Assembly (NCBI GenBank): GCA_963814585.1
Contig: CAWFDF010000004.1
Location: forward strand, 480,001-544,000
Direction: 5' to 3'
Source: an uncultured delta proteobacterium
GTDB taxonomy: Bacteria; Myxococcota; Myxococcia; Myxococcales; Anaeromyxobacteraceae
DNA: 64,000 nt
Positions within the stretch are counted from its first letter, which is position 1. The number at the start of each line of letters is the position of its first letter. The translations under genes were made by a program, and so were the position numbers. Positions 30,009 through 40,910 of this stretch are shown here, piece after piece. The notes below the pieces were generated by a model. The model searched no databases. It was not told the origin of the DNA and saw only the letters and a list, made by a program, of their open reading frames with translations.

Positions 30009-30749
30009 ATGCACGCCCTCGTGCTCTCGCTGGCGCTCGGCCAGGCCACGCCGGAGGCGGCCGACCCGCCGGCGGCCCAGGACGGCCGCGCCTGATTCCG
30101 CCCCGTCCCTGTCCCAGCCTCGCCGCCAGACGTCCAGCCGGCGGTGCCCGCTGCCGGGCCGACGCCGCCGGCAGCGGACCGCCCGTCGCTCCGCCCCGTC
30201 GACCTGCTCCGCCTTCCCGACGGGTCCTTCCGGGCCACGCTCGACGGCCAGCCGGTGGCCGGCGCAGACTTCTACCGGGCCGTGCTGCGGCCCGACCTGG
30301 CGGACCAGCTGGAGGAGTCGCTGAACCGCCGCGCGGCGCTCTGGATCGGGGCCGGGCTGGCGCCGCTGGTCGGGGCCGGCGTCGGGTGGGTGGCCGGCAC
30401 GGCGCAGCATCGGACGGTCGGCTGTGACGAGCCGGTCCCACCGCCGACCGACCCGGCCGCGCTGGCCGAGTGCGAGCGGGTGCGCCAGTGGAACCAGGCC
30501 ACCGTGGACCAGGCCACGGCCACCGGGGCCGCCGTCGGGCTGGTCACCGGGGTGCTCCTCTGGCTGGCTGGTCGCGCCATCCACCCGCCGGAGCCGACCG
30601 CCGAGGAGGCCGAGGCGCTGGTCCGGGCCTACCGGGCCCGCGGCGGACCGCCGGCCGACCCGGCGCCAGCCCGTCGATCCGGCGGCGCCTCGCTCCGGCT
30701 GGAGACCGGCCCCCGGGCGGCCCGCCTGGCCTTGCGTCTCGACTTCTGA
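30009..30749 (+). CDS. Hypothetical exported/membrane protein with an in-frame TGA at 30093-30095
   Basis: ATG 30009 (TACAAT 11 nt upstream) starts MHALVLSLALGQ, in frame with the 30144-30749 ORF, which has two TM segments and ends LRLDF. Confidence 0.55.
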
Positions 30750-30752
30750 AGG

Positions 30753-30791
30753 CGGAAAAGGAAGAGGGGCTGGCCCGGAGGCCAGCCCCTC
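30753..30791 (-). terminator. Intrinsic terminator of the TBDT-lipoprotein operon
   Basis: 11-bp stem GAGGGGCTGGC/GCCAGCCCCTC followed on the minus strand by TTCCTTTTCC. Confidence 0.7.
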
Positions 30792-30815
30792 GAATTTCGA
30801 CGACGGGTCAGCCGG

Positions 30816-31973
30816 CTACGGCGAGACCTTCGACGCCGACCGGCCCTTGACCGGCACGTACCCGACCGGAGGCGCCGCGAACGTCGGCGTCACGCGGTAG
30901 AAGTACGTGGTGCCGCTGATGAGCGATCCAGGGCCGGTGGTGGGGGCCACCAGGCCGGGCGCGGGCGCCCCGGCGTAGAAGACGAGCGCCGTCTGGGTCG
31001 ACACCAGCGTCCAGGCGGTGCCGTCGGTCGACTGCTCGACCTCGTAGCCGCTGGCGTCCGCCACCGCCGACCAGCCGACGCGGATGACGCCGGGGATGAC
31101 CGTGGGCGGCAGGGTCGTGGTGGAGGCCACGCCGAACGACGGGAGGAGCGGGTGGTAGGTGGTCACCGCGCCGGCGACGGCCGGCCGGGCCGTGGTGGTG
31201 GCGCCGACCGTCTCCCTGATCTCGTACCAGTAGGCGGTGTCGGGCACCAGCATGGTGTCGTAGTAGAGGCCGCACCAGACGCCGTCGCAGTCGACGGCCG
31301 GGTCGATGACGGCCACCGAGGCGTAGGTGCCCGGGGCGCCAGCGACGTCAGGCGCCCGGAAGACCTCGTAGCTGGTGGCGATGCCGGAGTCGAACCAGTC
31401 GAGCCCGAGCGAGTAGCCGTCGGCGCTCCGGGCGAAGGGCAGCGGCCGCGTGTCCACCTTGACGGTGACGTTGAGGGTGAGCGCCTTGCCCTCGTAGTCC
31501 TTCACCGAGCCGGTGATGGTGTAGACCGCGCCGAACACCAGCGGCGCGCCGGGCATGACCCTCAGGTAACCGCCGTCGGTCGGCGAGTTCGGCTCGTAGC
31601 AGACCTGGGTGGCGGCGTCGAAGGTGGCGCTGAGCGTGACGCCGGCCGCCTTGACGCAGGGGATGGGGTCGCCGTTCACGTCGACGACGGTGCTGCCGTC
31701 GGCGTTGTACTGCGCGTTCGACTGGATGGACGTGCCGTCCATGGGCTTGTTGAACTGGACCCAGATGTGGTCGTTGACCCAGGCCAGGTCGGTGGACACG
31801 GTGCCGCCGCCGGCTGCGTTCTCCACCGTGTTGGAGTCGCCGTCGACGCCGCTGGTGATGACGCGCACGACGACGGGATCGCCGCCCGGAGCTTCCGGGA
31901 ACGGGTCGCAGGCCACCGAGACCATGGTGAGCGCCGCGAGCGGCAGGAGGAACTTCGTGATCTTGTTGTTCAT
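30816..31973 (-). CDS. Lipoprotein with Ig-like and FN3-like domains, partner of the TonB-dependent transporter
   Basis: Lipobox SVAC; VQFNKPMD (Big-like), YEVFRA, YWYEIRE, YFYRVTP (FN3-like); AAGGAG RBS. Confidence 0.75.
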   Translation of the reverse strand: MNNKITKFLLPLAALTMVSVACDPFPEAPGGDPVVVRVITSGVDGDSNTVENAAGGGTVSTDLAWVNDHIWVQFNKPMDGTSIQSNAQYNADGSTVVDVNGDPIPCVKAAGVTLSATFDAATQVCYEPNSPTDGGYLRVMPGAPLVFGAVYTITGSVKDYEGKALTLNVTVKVDTRPLPFARSADGYSLGLDWFDSGIATSYEVFRAPDVAGAPGTYASVAVIDPAVDCDGVWCGLYYDTMLVPDTAYWYEIRETVGATTTARPAVAGAVTTYHPLLPSFGVASTTTLPPTVIPGVIRVGWSAVADASGYEVEQSTDGTAWTLVSTQTALVFYAGAPAPGLVAPTTGPGSLISGTTYFYRVTPTFAAPPVGYVPVKGRSASKVSP

Positions 31974-31997
31974 GGTGATTGTCTCCTTGGCCGCGGG

Positions 31998-34900
31998 CTA
32001 GAACGTCATCTCGAGCCCGAACCGGACCGACAGCGGGAGCTGGTAGGCCGTCGCCTTGGCGAAGTTCGGGTTGATGGTGGCCGCCAGGCCGTCGGTGGTC
32101 TTCATGTACTGCAGGGTCGGGCAGTCGGCGAGGGCGCCGGCGATGGGGTCGGACTTGCTGGCCGCGTTCCTGCTCGAGCACTGGCCGCCGATGATGGGCA
32201 GCGTGGAGTCATAGGTCCAGTTCTCGTCGACGGTGACCGCCTTCTGCTGGTTGAGGAGGTTGAAGATGTCCACCGTGAAGGCCACCTTGTAGGGCGGGGT
32301 GATGGTGTAGGAGATGCCACCCCTCAGGTCGAAGGCGGTCAGGGTGGGCGTGCGGCCCGCCGAGCCGCGGGGCAGGCCGTACCCCTCGCCCTCGCCGTAG
32401 TCGACGTGGGCGATCAGGTAGTTGACCGGCGTGCCGCTGGTGACGCGGAGGCCGGCGCCGGTGTTGACCTGGAGCTTGGGGCCGAAGTCCCAGGCGTAGG
32501 AGCCGTAGGCCTTGAAGGAGTGCGGCATGTCGCCCGGCAGCGGGCCATCGCTGTTGGCGAGCAGGCTGGCCAGGTCGTACGTCGAGTTGATGCCGGGGTC
32601 GAACTGGCCGGACTCGGGGCGGAAGTAGCCGGTGTAGTTGCCGCGCAGGCTGGAGTACGTGTAGGAGACCTGCGCCAGCCAGTTGTTCGAGAAGTTCTTC
32701 TTGGCCAGGATGGTGAAGCCGTCGTAGTCGCGCACCGGCTTCGGGAACGGGACCTGGAAGGTGCGGCCGGTGACCGCGTCGGTCGAGGTCGCCATGGTCG
32801 GGTCGAAGATGAAGCCGGTGCCGTCGTCGAACGGCTTGCCGGTGCCGGGGTTGGCGATGGCGGCGTGGACGAAGTCGTCCGGCGACATGTCCTCGATCAC
32901 CGGGCCCTGGCGGCGGCCCTGGTACTCGAACCCGAGGGAGAAGTCAGCCATGAGCTCGTACTCGAACGAGCCGCTGAACATGTCGACGTAGGGCGACTTG
33001 ATGTCCGGGGCGACCGGGACGATGCCAGGGGAGTACGGCGTGTAGGTATAGACTCCGTAGGTGTTGGACCGGTAGAAGCCGTCGGCCTGGGGGCAGTTCT
33101 CGGGAGCGCCGTTCAGCGCGTTCTTGTCCGTGCCGGGGAGGAGGGCATCGACCACCGCCTGGCACTCGGGACGGTAGGCGCGGATCTGGGTCTCTCCGCC
33201 GAAGGAGCGGTCGGACATGTCGAGCGGGAAGGAGGCGTAGAAGCGGCCGTAGCTGGCGGCCACCTTCGACCGGCCCTGCTTGGTGAAGTCGTAGATGGCC
33301 TGGAGGCGCGGGCCGACGCTATTGTTGATGGAGAAGCCGGTGCCCGGCTGGTCCGGGACGCTCATGTCCTGGCTCTCCCAGCGGACGCCGATGTTGAGGG
33401 TCAGGCCATCGACGAAGTTGGGCGACCAGCTGTCCTGCAGGTAGTAGCCGGCGATGTTCGACTGCGAGGAGACGGTGAGCCGCCCGCCCGGAGCGTCGAC
33501 GGCCGAGAGCCGGTCCGGAGCCACCAGGCCGTAGCGCCGGTAGTCCTGGAACCAGATCGGGTAGCCCGGATTGAAGGGGCCGGGGGCGACGACGGCGGGG
33601 TTGGTGCCGGCCGTACCCGCGGTCACGCGCCGCTCGAAGAGGTAGGCGCCGCCCGGCAGGTTGGCGTTGTTCGGGCCGGAATAGGCCTTGGAGTGGTCGT
33701 AGTTGGACTGCTGGATGTCGATGCCGCCCTTGATCTGGTGGTTGCCGGCCGCCTCGGCGAAGTAGGTGAGGGCCGCCTTGCCGGCGAACCGGCTGATGGT
33801 GGTCTCGTCGATGTAGCCCGAGCCGCCGGTGGCGTAGTTGGTCACGGTGCAGGGGTTGAAGCCGCCAGGACCCGGATCGCAGAGCGCATGCTGCCCGGCG
33901 TTCTCGAAGTCCTCCAGGCTGTGGGTCTGGGTCCAGATGACCGTGGAGGTCTTGCCGCCGTCGATGCCGTTTGTCGTGACCGGCCGGTTGGCCTGGTTCT
34001 GGCCGTGGTAGCCGCCGGTCAGCTCGAGCTGCAGCTTCTTGTCGAGGAACTTCGAGGTGTAGCGGGCCACCACGTCCATGAAGTCATCCTGCTGGTCGTA
34101 GGCCCCGGCCGAGCGGGCGGTGTTCGCGGTGCCATACCCCTGGGAGCCGACCCCGGTGGCGGTCTGCGGGACGTAGAAGACCGACAGGGCCACCTGGTTG
34201 TTCTCGTTGAAGAGGTAGGTGAGCTTGCCGACCACCTGGTACTGGGTGATCTTGTTGGTGTAGGTGCTCTCCGAGCCCGGGACCACGGTCCCGAGCGAGA
34301 AGCCGTCGGCGCCGGTGACCTTGGTGTCCACGAACGGGTCGGCGGTGGTCCCGGTGCCGGTCTGGTGTACTGGGTCGCCTGGGCGTAGCGGTCGTAGGTG
34401 TTGGCGGTGAGCCGCGGCGCAAAGCCGGCGAAGAACCAGAGCCGGTCCTTGAGGATGGGGCCGCCCACTTCGAAGCCGAAGTCGGCCTGGTAGGTGCTGC
34501 CGTCCACCACCAGCTTGCGGGCCAGCGCCGTGGCGCTGCGCTTGATGGCCTTGGCGTCGGCGCGCAGGGCGCCGGAGTTCAGGTTGCCGAACACCGACCC
34601 GTGGAACTCGTTGGAGCCGGACTTGGTGACCACCGACACGATGCCGCCGGTGGAGAAGCCGTACTCCGGCATGAAGGAGCCGGTCTTGATGTCGATCTCC
34701 TGGACGAAGTTGTTGAGGATGTCGCCGGAGAGGTTGCCGTAGCCGGCGTCGCCGATGTTCATGCCGTCGAGGAGGTAGCCGTTCTCCGGCGAGGAGGCGC
34801 CGGCGAAGGAGATGCCGTACTGGTCGACCTGCGCGGTCGGCGCCGTGACGGCCACGCCCTCGAAGCCGCGGGTGCCCGGGACGGTGGAGAGGAACTCGCG

Positions 34901-35326
34901 GGAGACCACGGTGCCCGACTCGGCCGAGCCGACGTTGATCACCGGGGCGATGCCGGTCCTGACGACCTGCTCCTCCATCTGGACCGCCTCCGGCACCATC
35001 GACAGGTTGGCGCGGATGGTCTTGTCGACGCGGACCGTCAGGTCGGAGCGCTCGGCCGGCTTGAAGCCGTCGAACGAGGTGGCGAGCTTGTAGTCGCCGG
35101 GAGGAAGGAGCTGGAAGCGGAAGCCACCGGACTTGTCGGTGACGGCCGTCTGCTCGCCCTGGGCCGCGGGGCTCGTCGCCACGACGAGCGCCCCGACCAC
35201 GGGCTTGCCTGACTGGGCGTCGGTGACGACGCCGATGATGTTACCGGTGGTCTGCGCGGAAGCGACGCTCGCGAACAGCAGTGCGAGGGGCGCGACCCGC
35301 AGGAGGCGCTGCAGCTTCATCCTCAT
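31998..35326 (-). CDS. Oar-like TonB-dependent outer-membrane transporter with a -1 frameshift at about 34364
   Basis: Signal peptide, carboxypeptidase-regulatory-like domain (GNIIGVVTD...VVATSPA), plug (ENGYLLDG, PEYGFSTGGIVSVVTKSGSNEFHGS), beta-barrel ending FGLEMTF. Adding one C at TAC ACC (C)AG ACC joins the two ORFs. Confidence 0.88.
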
Positions 35327-35344
35327 ACCTTCCTCCAGGGAGAG

Positions 35345-35422
35345 TTCACTCGGCGACGGTCGCCGATCGGGGGGTTGCGCAGAGAGCAGGACGCTCTTTG
35401 CGCGTTTCGATCGGCGGGTGAA
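35345..35422 (-). promoter_or_regulatory. Structured 5' leader of the TBDT gene
   Basis: Nested complementary pairs 35345-49/35418-22, 35361-69/35408-16, 35377-87/35393-403, plus a competing 7-bp hairpin 35350-56/35360-66. Confidence 0.5.
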
Positions 35423-35432
35423 TTTGCCGACG

Positions 35433-35462
35433 TTTGTAGGTGGCGAGTGTCGGGAATGTCAA
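35433..35462 (-). promoter_or_regulatory. Sigma70-type promoter of the TBDT (TTGACA-N18-TACAAA)
   Basis: Consensus -35 with an 18-nt spacer. Confidence 0.5.
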
Positions 35463-35772
35463 GACATCATCGGCTGTTGGGACTGCGGGTAGCGTCGGGC
35501 CATCCGGGACCCCAATGGCCTGATATTCTGGCGGATTCCAAAACCACCCGGGAATTCGTGTCCTTGCCCGATCCGGACCCGGTGACGACTTCACGGCGGG
35601 CGCGTGAATCCTGCGCGAGTGAATTTCCCGTGGAACCCGCACCCTCGCCCGCCCTCCAGGGGTCAGCCTCGAGGCGGGCTGAGACTGCCAGTCGAGGCCT
35701 CCGGAGCCGGCCCCGGGAGCGTGCTGGAGTGTCGTTCGGGGGACCGAGCCCCCCATTCGGCCGGATGCCGGG

Positions 35773-35801
35773 TTGACATCGTTTTTCGATCCGACTAGAC
35801 A
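35773..35801 (+). promoter_or_regulatory. Sigma70-type promoter of tonB-exbB-exbD-exbD (TTGACA-N17-TAGACA)
   Basis: Consensus -35 with a 17-nt spacer, about 70 nt before tonB. Confidence 0.55.
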
Positions 35802-35870
35802 GCCCCGTCCAGCCGATTGGGGCGTCAACGATCCGGGCCGAGTCTCGGCTTCCAGACCAGCGAGCGACGC

Positions 35871-36594
35871 GTGTTCGAAGAAGTCACGAAGCGACAGAGC
35901 GGGAAGTACGCGGCCCGGCGGGCCGGCTGGGTCTTTGGCTCGACCGCCTTCCAGCTCGGGCTGGTCGCCGCGGCGCTCTTCGCCGGCCAGAGGATCAAGG
36001 CCGCCATCGAGGAGAAGCCCATCGACGTGAAGTTCGTGCGCGCCGCCGCCCCGCCCAAGCCGCCGCCGCCGCCGCCCGCGGCGCCGCCCAAGCGGAAGGA
36101 CACCGGCCCCAAGCCGCCGCCCCGGCCGGATGCGCCGCCGCCACCGCCGCCGCAGGCGCTGATCCAGCCCAAGGACGTGCAGGAGGAGATGAAGGTCGAC
36201 ACCTCGCCGAAGGAGCCCGAGTACAACTACGGGCCGCAGTCCGGCGAGGGGGTGGTCGGTGGCGTGGTGGGGGCGGACCAGGTCGAGGAGGCCCCGGCCT
36301 TCGCCACCAGCGGCTACGTCAAGCCCGCCGAGAGGGAGCGTGGCTGCGTCGGCCGCTCGGTCCGCATGCCCGCGCGACCTGCAGGGCATCGTCGCCAGCA
36401 TGACCATCAAGTTCGCCGTGGGCCGCGACGGGCGCCCCAGCCGCTTCGAGGTGCTCACCGACGTGCCCGACAAGCGGATCGCCGAGGCGGTCTGGCAGGC
36501 CGTGCAGGGCTGCCCGTTCCCGCCCGGCCTCGACTCCCGCGGCCAGCCCCAGCTGATCTGGATGATCCTGCCGATTCGCTTCACCAGCGGGTGA
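35871..36594 (+). CDS. tonB: TonB-family energy transducer with a +1 frameshift at about 36370
   Basis: VFEEV start, TM anchor, polyproline linker, GVVGGVVG. Removing one C gives the TonB-C-like MPRDLQG...IKFAVGRDG...AVQGCPFPPG...LPIRF. Confidence 0.8.
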
Positions 36595-36651
36595 CCGAAG
36601 CCTCCCCGCCCCCACGCTTTCCGCTGCTCTCCCCTTCCGGAGGTATCACCG

Positions 36652-37407
<756 letters not shown>

Positions 37408-37458
37408 CCGGTCCCGGCGGCCACTCGCCGCCGGCCCGCCTCGCCAAGGGACCGGACC

Positions 37459-37917
37459 ATGTCCATGGACGTCGGCTCCAAGTCGGTCCGCAGCGACATC
37501 AACGTCACGCCGCTCGTCGACGTGGTGCTGGTGCTGCTCATCATCTTCATGGTGATCACGCCCATGCTCCAGCGCGGCAAGCCGGTGACGCTGCCGGACG
37601 CCAAGCACGTCTCCACGCTGGGCAAGGGCGGCGACCCCATCCTGCTCTCGGTGACCCGGGACGGGCGGGTCTGGCTCGACGGCGAGGCCCACACCAAGCA
37701 GGAGCTGAAGGACGAGCAGCTCGAGGGGGAGCTCAACATCGAGCTGCAGGCCCGGCCCGGCGTGCCCATCATGGTGAAGGTCGACCGTGACGTGGAGTAC
37801 AAGCGGGTCCGGCAGGTGGTCCTCGAGGTCAGCAAGACCCACGTCATGGGCGTGAGCCTGGCGGCGTCGAAGATCGACGAGAAGCCGGCCGCCGGCGAGA
37901 AGAAGGAGGGCCAGTAG
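37459..37917 (+). CDS. exbD: ExbD/TolR protein, copy 1
   Basis: DINVTPLVDVVLVLLIIFMVITP. Confidence 0.9.
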   Translation: MSMDVGSKSVRSDINVTPLVDVVLVLLIIFMVITPMLQRGKPVTLPDAKHVSTLGKGGDPILLSVTRDGRVWLDGEAHTKQELKDEQLEGELNIELQARPGVPIMVKVDRDVEYKRVRQVVLEVSKTHVMGVSLAASKIDEKPAAGEKKEGQ

Positions 37918-37919
37918 CC

Positions 37920-38381
37920 ATGGGCATGGCGCTCGGGACCAAGAAGCCCAACTCGGACATCAACGTCACGCCGCTCATCGACGTGGTGCTGGTGCTCCTC
38001 ATCATCTTCATGGTGCTCACCCCGCTGGCCGAGAAGCAGAAGTACACGCGCGTGCCGGAGTACATGCCCGACGCCCAGCCGGTCCCGCCCGACGCGGTAC
38101 CGCCCGACCAGACGGTGCTGACGGTGATGAGCAACGGCACGGTGGTGCTCAACAAGCAGCCCATGACCATCGACGAGGCCATGGCCCTGCTCGGCCCGTC
38201 CTACGACGGCCGCCCGTCCAAGCCGCTCTTCTTCAACGCCGAGGACAAGGTGAAGTACGGCCTGGCCATGAAGGTGCTCGACGCCGCCCACGGCGCCGGG
38301 GTCAACACCATCGGCCTGATGACCGACCCGCCCATCGTGCAGAGCGAAGAGGCCCCGGCGGACGCTCCCGCACCGCAGTAG
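37920..38381 (+). CDS. exbD: ExbD/TolR protein, copy 2
   Basis: DINVTPLIDVVLVLLIIFMVLTP. Confidence 0.9.
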   Translation: MGMALGTKKPNSDINVTPLIDVVLVLLIIFMVLTPLAEKQKYTRVPEYMPDAQPVPPDAVPPDQTVLTVMSNGTVVLNKQPMTIDEAMALLGPSYDGRPSKPLFFNAEDKVKYGLAMKVLDAAHGAGVNTIGLMTDPPIVQSEEAPADAPAPQ

Positions 38382-38460
38382 GTATCCGGCCTGGCGGGGA
38401 GCGCCACCGGCCCGGGCGGCGGCGCGCTGAAGGCGCCTCGGATCTACGGCGCGCCGCCGA

Positions 38461-39399
38461 TCACGCCTCTGCCGGCGGCAGCGCGGCCAGCACCGCGGCC
38501 AGCTCGGTCGGCAGCGGGCTCTCCACCACGACGCGGCCGCCGTCGGGCGACTCGGCCCCCAGCCGGGCGGCGTGCAGGAAGTGGCGTCCCAGCCCCGGCA
38601 GCGCCGCCGCCTCGCCGCCGTAGAGCGTGTCACCGGCCACCGGGACGCCGAGGAAGGCGAGGTGGGCCCGGATCTGGTGCATGGCGCCGGTGACGATGCG
38701 CACCCGCAGCAGCGTGTGGCGGGCGAAGCGCCGCTCCACCTCGTAGCGGGTCTCGGCGGGGCGGGGCGAGAGCCCCTTCTGGCGCAGCCGCTCCTCGGCC
38801 TGGGCGTCGGGGGCCGGCAGCACCTTGTTCCCTCGCTGCGCCAGCGGCACGGTGCAGACGCCGCCGGCGGTGACGCGGCCGCAGACCAGCGCCAGGTAGA
38901 CCTTCTCCACCACCCGCCGGCGAAGCTGGTCGTGGAGCCGCTCCCAGGCGTCGCGGTCCCTGGCGAAGAGGACGCAGCCGCTGGTCTCCAGGTCGAGCCG
39001 CTGCACCGCCCCGCCCTCGCGCGGGTCGAGCGAGGCCCCGGCGCACTCCGGGTAGCGGGCCACCACGGCGTTCGCCAGGGTCCCGGCCTCGTCGGCGTCG
39101 AGCGGGTGCACCGCCACCCCGGCCGGCTTGTCCACCACCAGGAAGCGCGGCTCCTCGAGCAGCACGGTGAGCGGCGCCCGGGGCTCGGGGGTGGGCGGGC
39201 CCCGCGGCGGCTCGACCGTGATCTCGACCACCATCCCGGGCTCGGCCGGCCCGGCAGGACGGACCCGCCGGCCCTCCACCCGCACCTCGCCGAGCGCGAA
39301 GGCCCGCTTCACCGCGGCGCGCCCCAGCCCCAGCGTGTCGGCCAGCGCCCGGTCGAGCCGGCCCGCGGCGCCGGCGGGGAGCGTGACGGTTCGCCTCAC
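38461..39399 (-). CDS. RluA-family pseudouridine synthase
   Basis: S4-like N-terminus (RLDRAL), VDKPAG, QRLDLETSG, KVYLALV, TGAMHQIRAHL, FLHA. GTG start overlaps the upstream stop (GTGA). Confidence 0.9.
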   Translation of the reverse strand: MRRTVTLPAGAAGRLDRALADTLGLGRAAVKRAFALGEVRVEGRRVRPAGPAEPGMVVEITVEPPRGPPTPEPRAPLTVLLEEPRFLVVDKPAGVAVHPLDADEAGTLANAVVARYPECAGASLDPREGGAVQRLDLETSGCVLFARDRDAWERLHDQLRRRVVEKVYLALVCGRVTAGGVCTVPLAQRGNKVLPAPDAQAEERLRQKGLSPRPAETRYEVERRFARHTLLRVRIVTGAMHQIRAHLAFLGVPVAGDTLYGGEAAALPGLGRHFLHAARLGAESPDGGRVVVESPLPTELAAVLAALPPAEA

Positions 39400-39980
39400 G
39401 GTGACCCCCGGTGCCGGGGCGTCCGCATCCGGACCAGCCCGTAGTAGAGCTGCCGCTCGGTGTAGACGCGCCGCTCCGGCCCTCCCCCGCGCCGGCGGCC
39501 GGCAGGCCGCTCGAGCCACATGCGGGCGCGGGCCAGCCCCTGGTGCGCGAAGGGCGCCAGCAGCTCGGGCGGCGCCTCGGCGAGGTAGCGCCGCCGCAGC
39601 GCCCGGATGCGGCGCCGGTAGGCCGCGGGCGCCAGCCGGTCGTGCCTCCGCGCGCCGTGGAGCGTGCCGTCGAAGCGGCGCGACGCGTGGTAGAGCTCGT
39701 GGAGGATGGTCTCGATCCGCTCCACCGGCGTCGAGTCGAGGAACCAGAGCGGCCGGAGCGTGATCACGTAGCGGACCTCTCGACCGCGCACCTCGACCCT
39801 CTGCCCATGCCCGGCGCTGGCGCCGGCGAACGGCCGGATGGTGGCCCGGGAGGCGCGCCGGGCCTCGCCGGCCACCACCAGCACGCGGGAGGACCGGACA
39901 TGGGCCAGCTCGGGAAGGCGCGCGGCGACATCGCGGACCAGCCGCTTCACCGCCAGGGTCACGTTGAGCCGGGCCGCCAT
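39396..39980 (-). CDS. Putative HExxH zinc metallopeptidase
   Basis: YVITLRPLWF...ETILHELYH...FDG; 194 aa, basic. Confidence 0.65.
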   Translation of the reverse strand: MAARLNVTLAVKRLVRDVAARLPELAHVRSSRVLVVAGEARRASRATIRPFAGASAGHGQRVEVRGREVRYVITLRPLWFLDSTPVERIETILHELYHASRRFDGTLHGARRHDRLAPAAYRRRIRALRRRYLAEAPPELLAPFAHQGLARARMWLERPAGRRRGGGPERRVYTERQLYYGLVRMRTPRHRGSP

Positions 39981-40088
39981 GGGTGGCTCGAGCATCGCCG
40001 CCTCCCGGCCCGCCGCCAAGGGCCGGAGCGCGGATTCGACGGGTCTCGCCTTGAACACCCCTTTCGGGATCGGTAGCATGCCCCTCTC

Positions 40089-40397
40089 ATGACGACCCTG
40101 CTCCTCCTGCTCGCGGCCTCCGGCGCCATCGCGCTGCTCGCCGTCCAGGCCCGGAGCGCCCGGCGCCGGGAGGCGGACCTGCGCGAGCAGGTCGGCGGTC
40201 TCGCGATGCGGCTCGACCAGCTCCACCTGAGGCTCGAGGTGTCGGAGCAGGACCTCGCCACGGCCCTGTCGCAGACCGGCGTGGCCGAGGGACTCCTGCT
40301 GGAGAAGGGGATCGCCGACGCCGAGGAGGTGGAGGACATGCGCCGCCGGCTCGAGAGCGACGGCGCCGCCCCTGGCGAGGGCGACGTCATCCACTGA
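40089..40397 (+). CDS. Small membrane-anchored coiled-coil hypothetical protein
   Basis: N-terminal hydrophobic helix, heptad region, LLLEKGI motif; TAGCAT 9 nt upstream. Confidence 0.7.
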   Translation: MTTLLLLLAASGAIALLAVQARSARRREADLREQVGGLAMRLDQLHLRLEVSEQDLATALSQTGVAEGLLLEKGIADAEEVEDMRRRLESDGAAPGEGDVIH

Positions 40398-40458
40398 TGG
40401 CGCGGCCCGATCGCGCCGCCTTCAGGCTCATCGCGCGGCCTTCAGGCCGCGCCATCCG
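40396..40458. repeat. REP-like cluster (copy 2 plus partial copies)
   Basis: 40430-40458 is identical to 17342-17370; degenerate copy at 40409-40427; inverted half-copy at 40396-40407. Confidence 0.7.
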
Positions 40459-40496
40459 AACCTGCCAGCACCCGGGTCGGCGAGCCGATCCCGCTC

Positions 40497-40910
40497 TCAC
40501 CGCCTCGGTGATCTCGGCGACCTCCTGGTCTTCGGCGGGGTCCGGCGCGCCGGCCTCGCCGTCTCCCCCGCCTCCCTCGGAGCGGGCTCGAACCTCGGCC
40601 TCCTCGGGTGCTTGCGGTAGACGAGGATGGTCCGGCCCAGGACCTGCGCGACCTGCGCGCCGGGCCCGGCCGCCACCCGCGCCGCCGCCTCGAAGCGGTC
40701 CTCCGGGCTCTCCGACCCCACCTTCACCTTGACCAGCTCGTGGGCCAGCAGCGCCTCGTCGAGCTGCTGGAGCACCCCGGGCGTCACCCCGTCCTTGCCG
40801 ATCTGCACCACCGGCGAGAGGTGGTGGCCGGCGGCCCGCAGCGCCTTGCGGAGGCGGGAGGCCGGCATGAGGGACTGCTTCTTCGGGTTGCTGGAGGTGG
40901 GCACGGTCAC
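40497..40910 (-). CDS. yhbY: YhbY/CRS1 RNA-binding protein
   Basis: LRAAGHHLSPVVQIGKDGVT, LLAHELVKVKV, QVLGRTILVYR; GTGA overlap with the upstream stop. Confidence 0.88.
   Translation of the reverse strand: MTVPTSSNPKKQSLMPASRLRKALRAAGHHLSPVVQIGKDGVTPGVLQQLDEALLAHELVKVKVGSESPEDRFEAAARVAAGPGAQVAQVLGRTILVYRKHPRRPRFEPAPREAGETARPARRTPPKTRRSPRSPRR

Noticed and set aside
30093..30095. Selenocysteine at the in-frame TGA of the 30009 gene
   Set aside because: The downstream sequence is C-rich and cannot form a SECIS-like stem, and there is no redox motif.
35385..35430. GGCAAA...GAAA...GCAAAG resembling a c-di-GMP-I (GEMM) riboswitch
   Set aside because: The spacing is wrong (14 nt before GAAA, 3 nt after), so the GNRA-capped P2 stem cannot form. 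Reported only as an unassigned structured leader.
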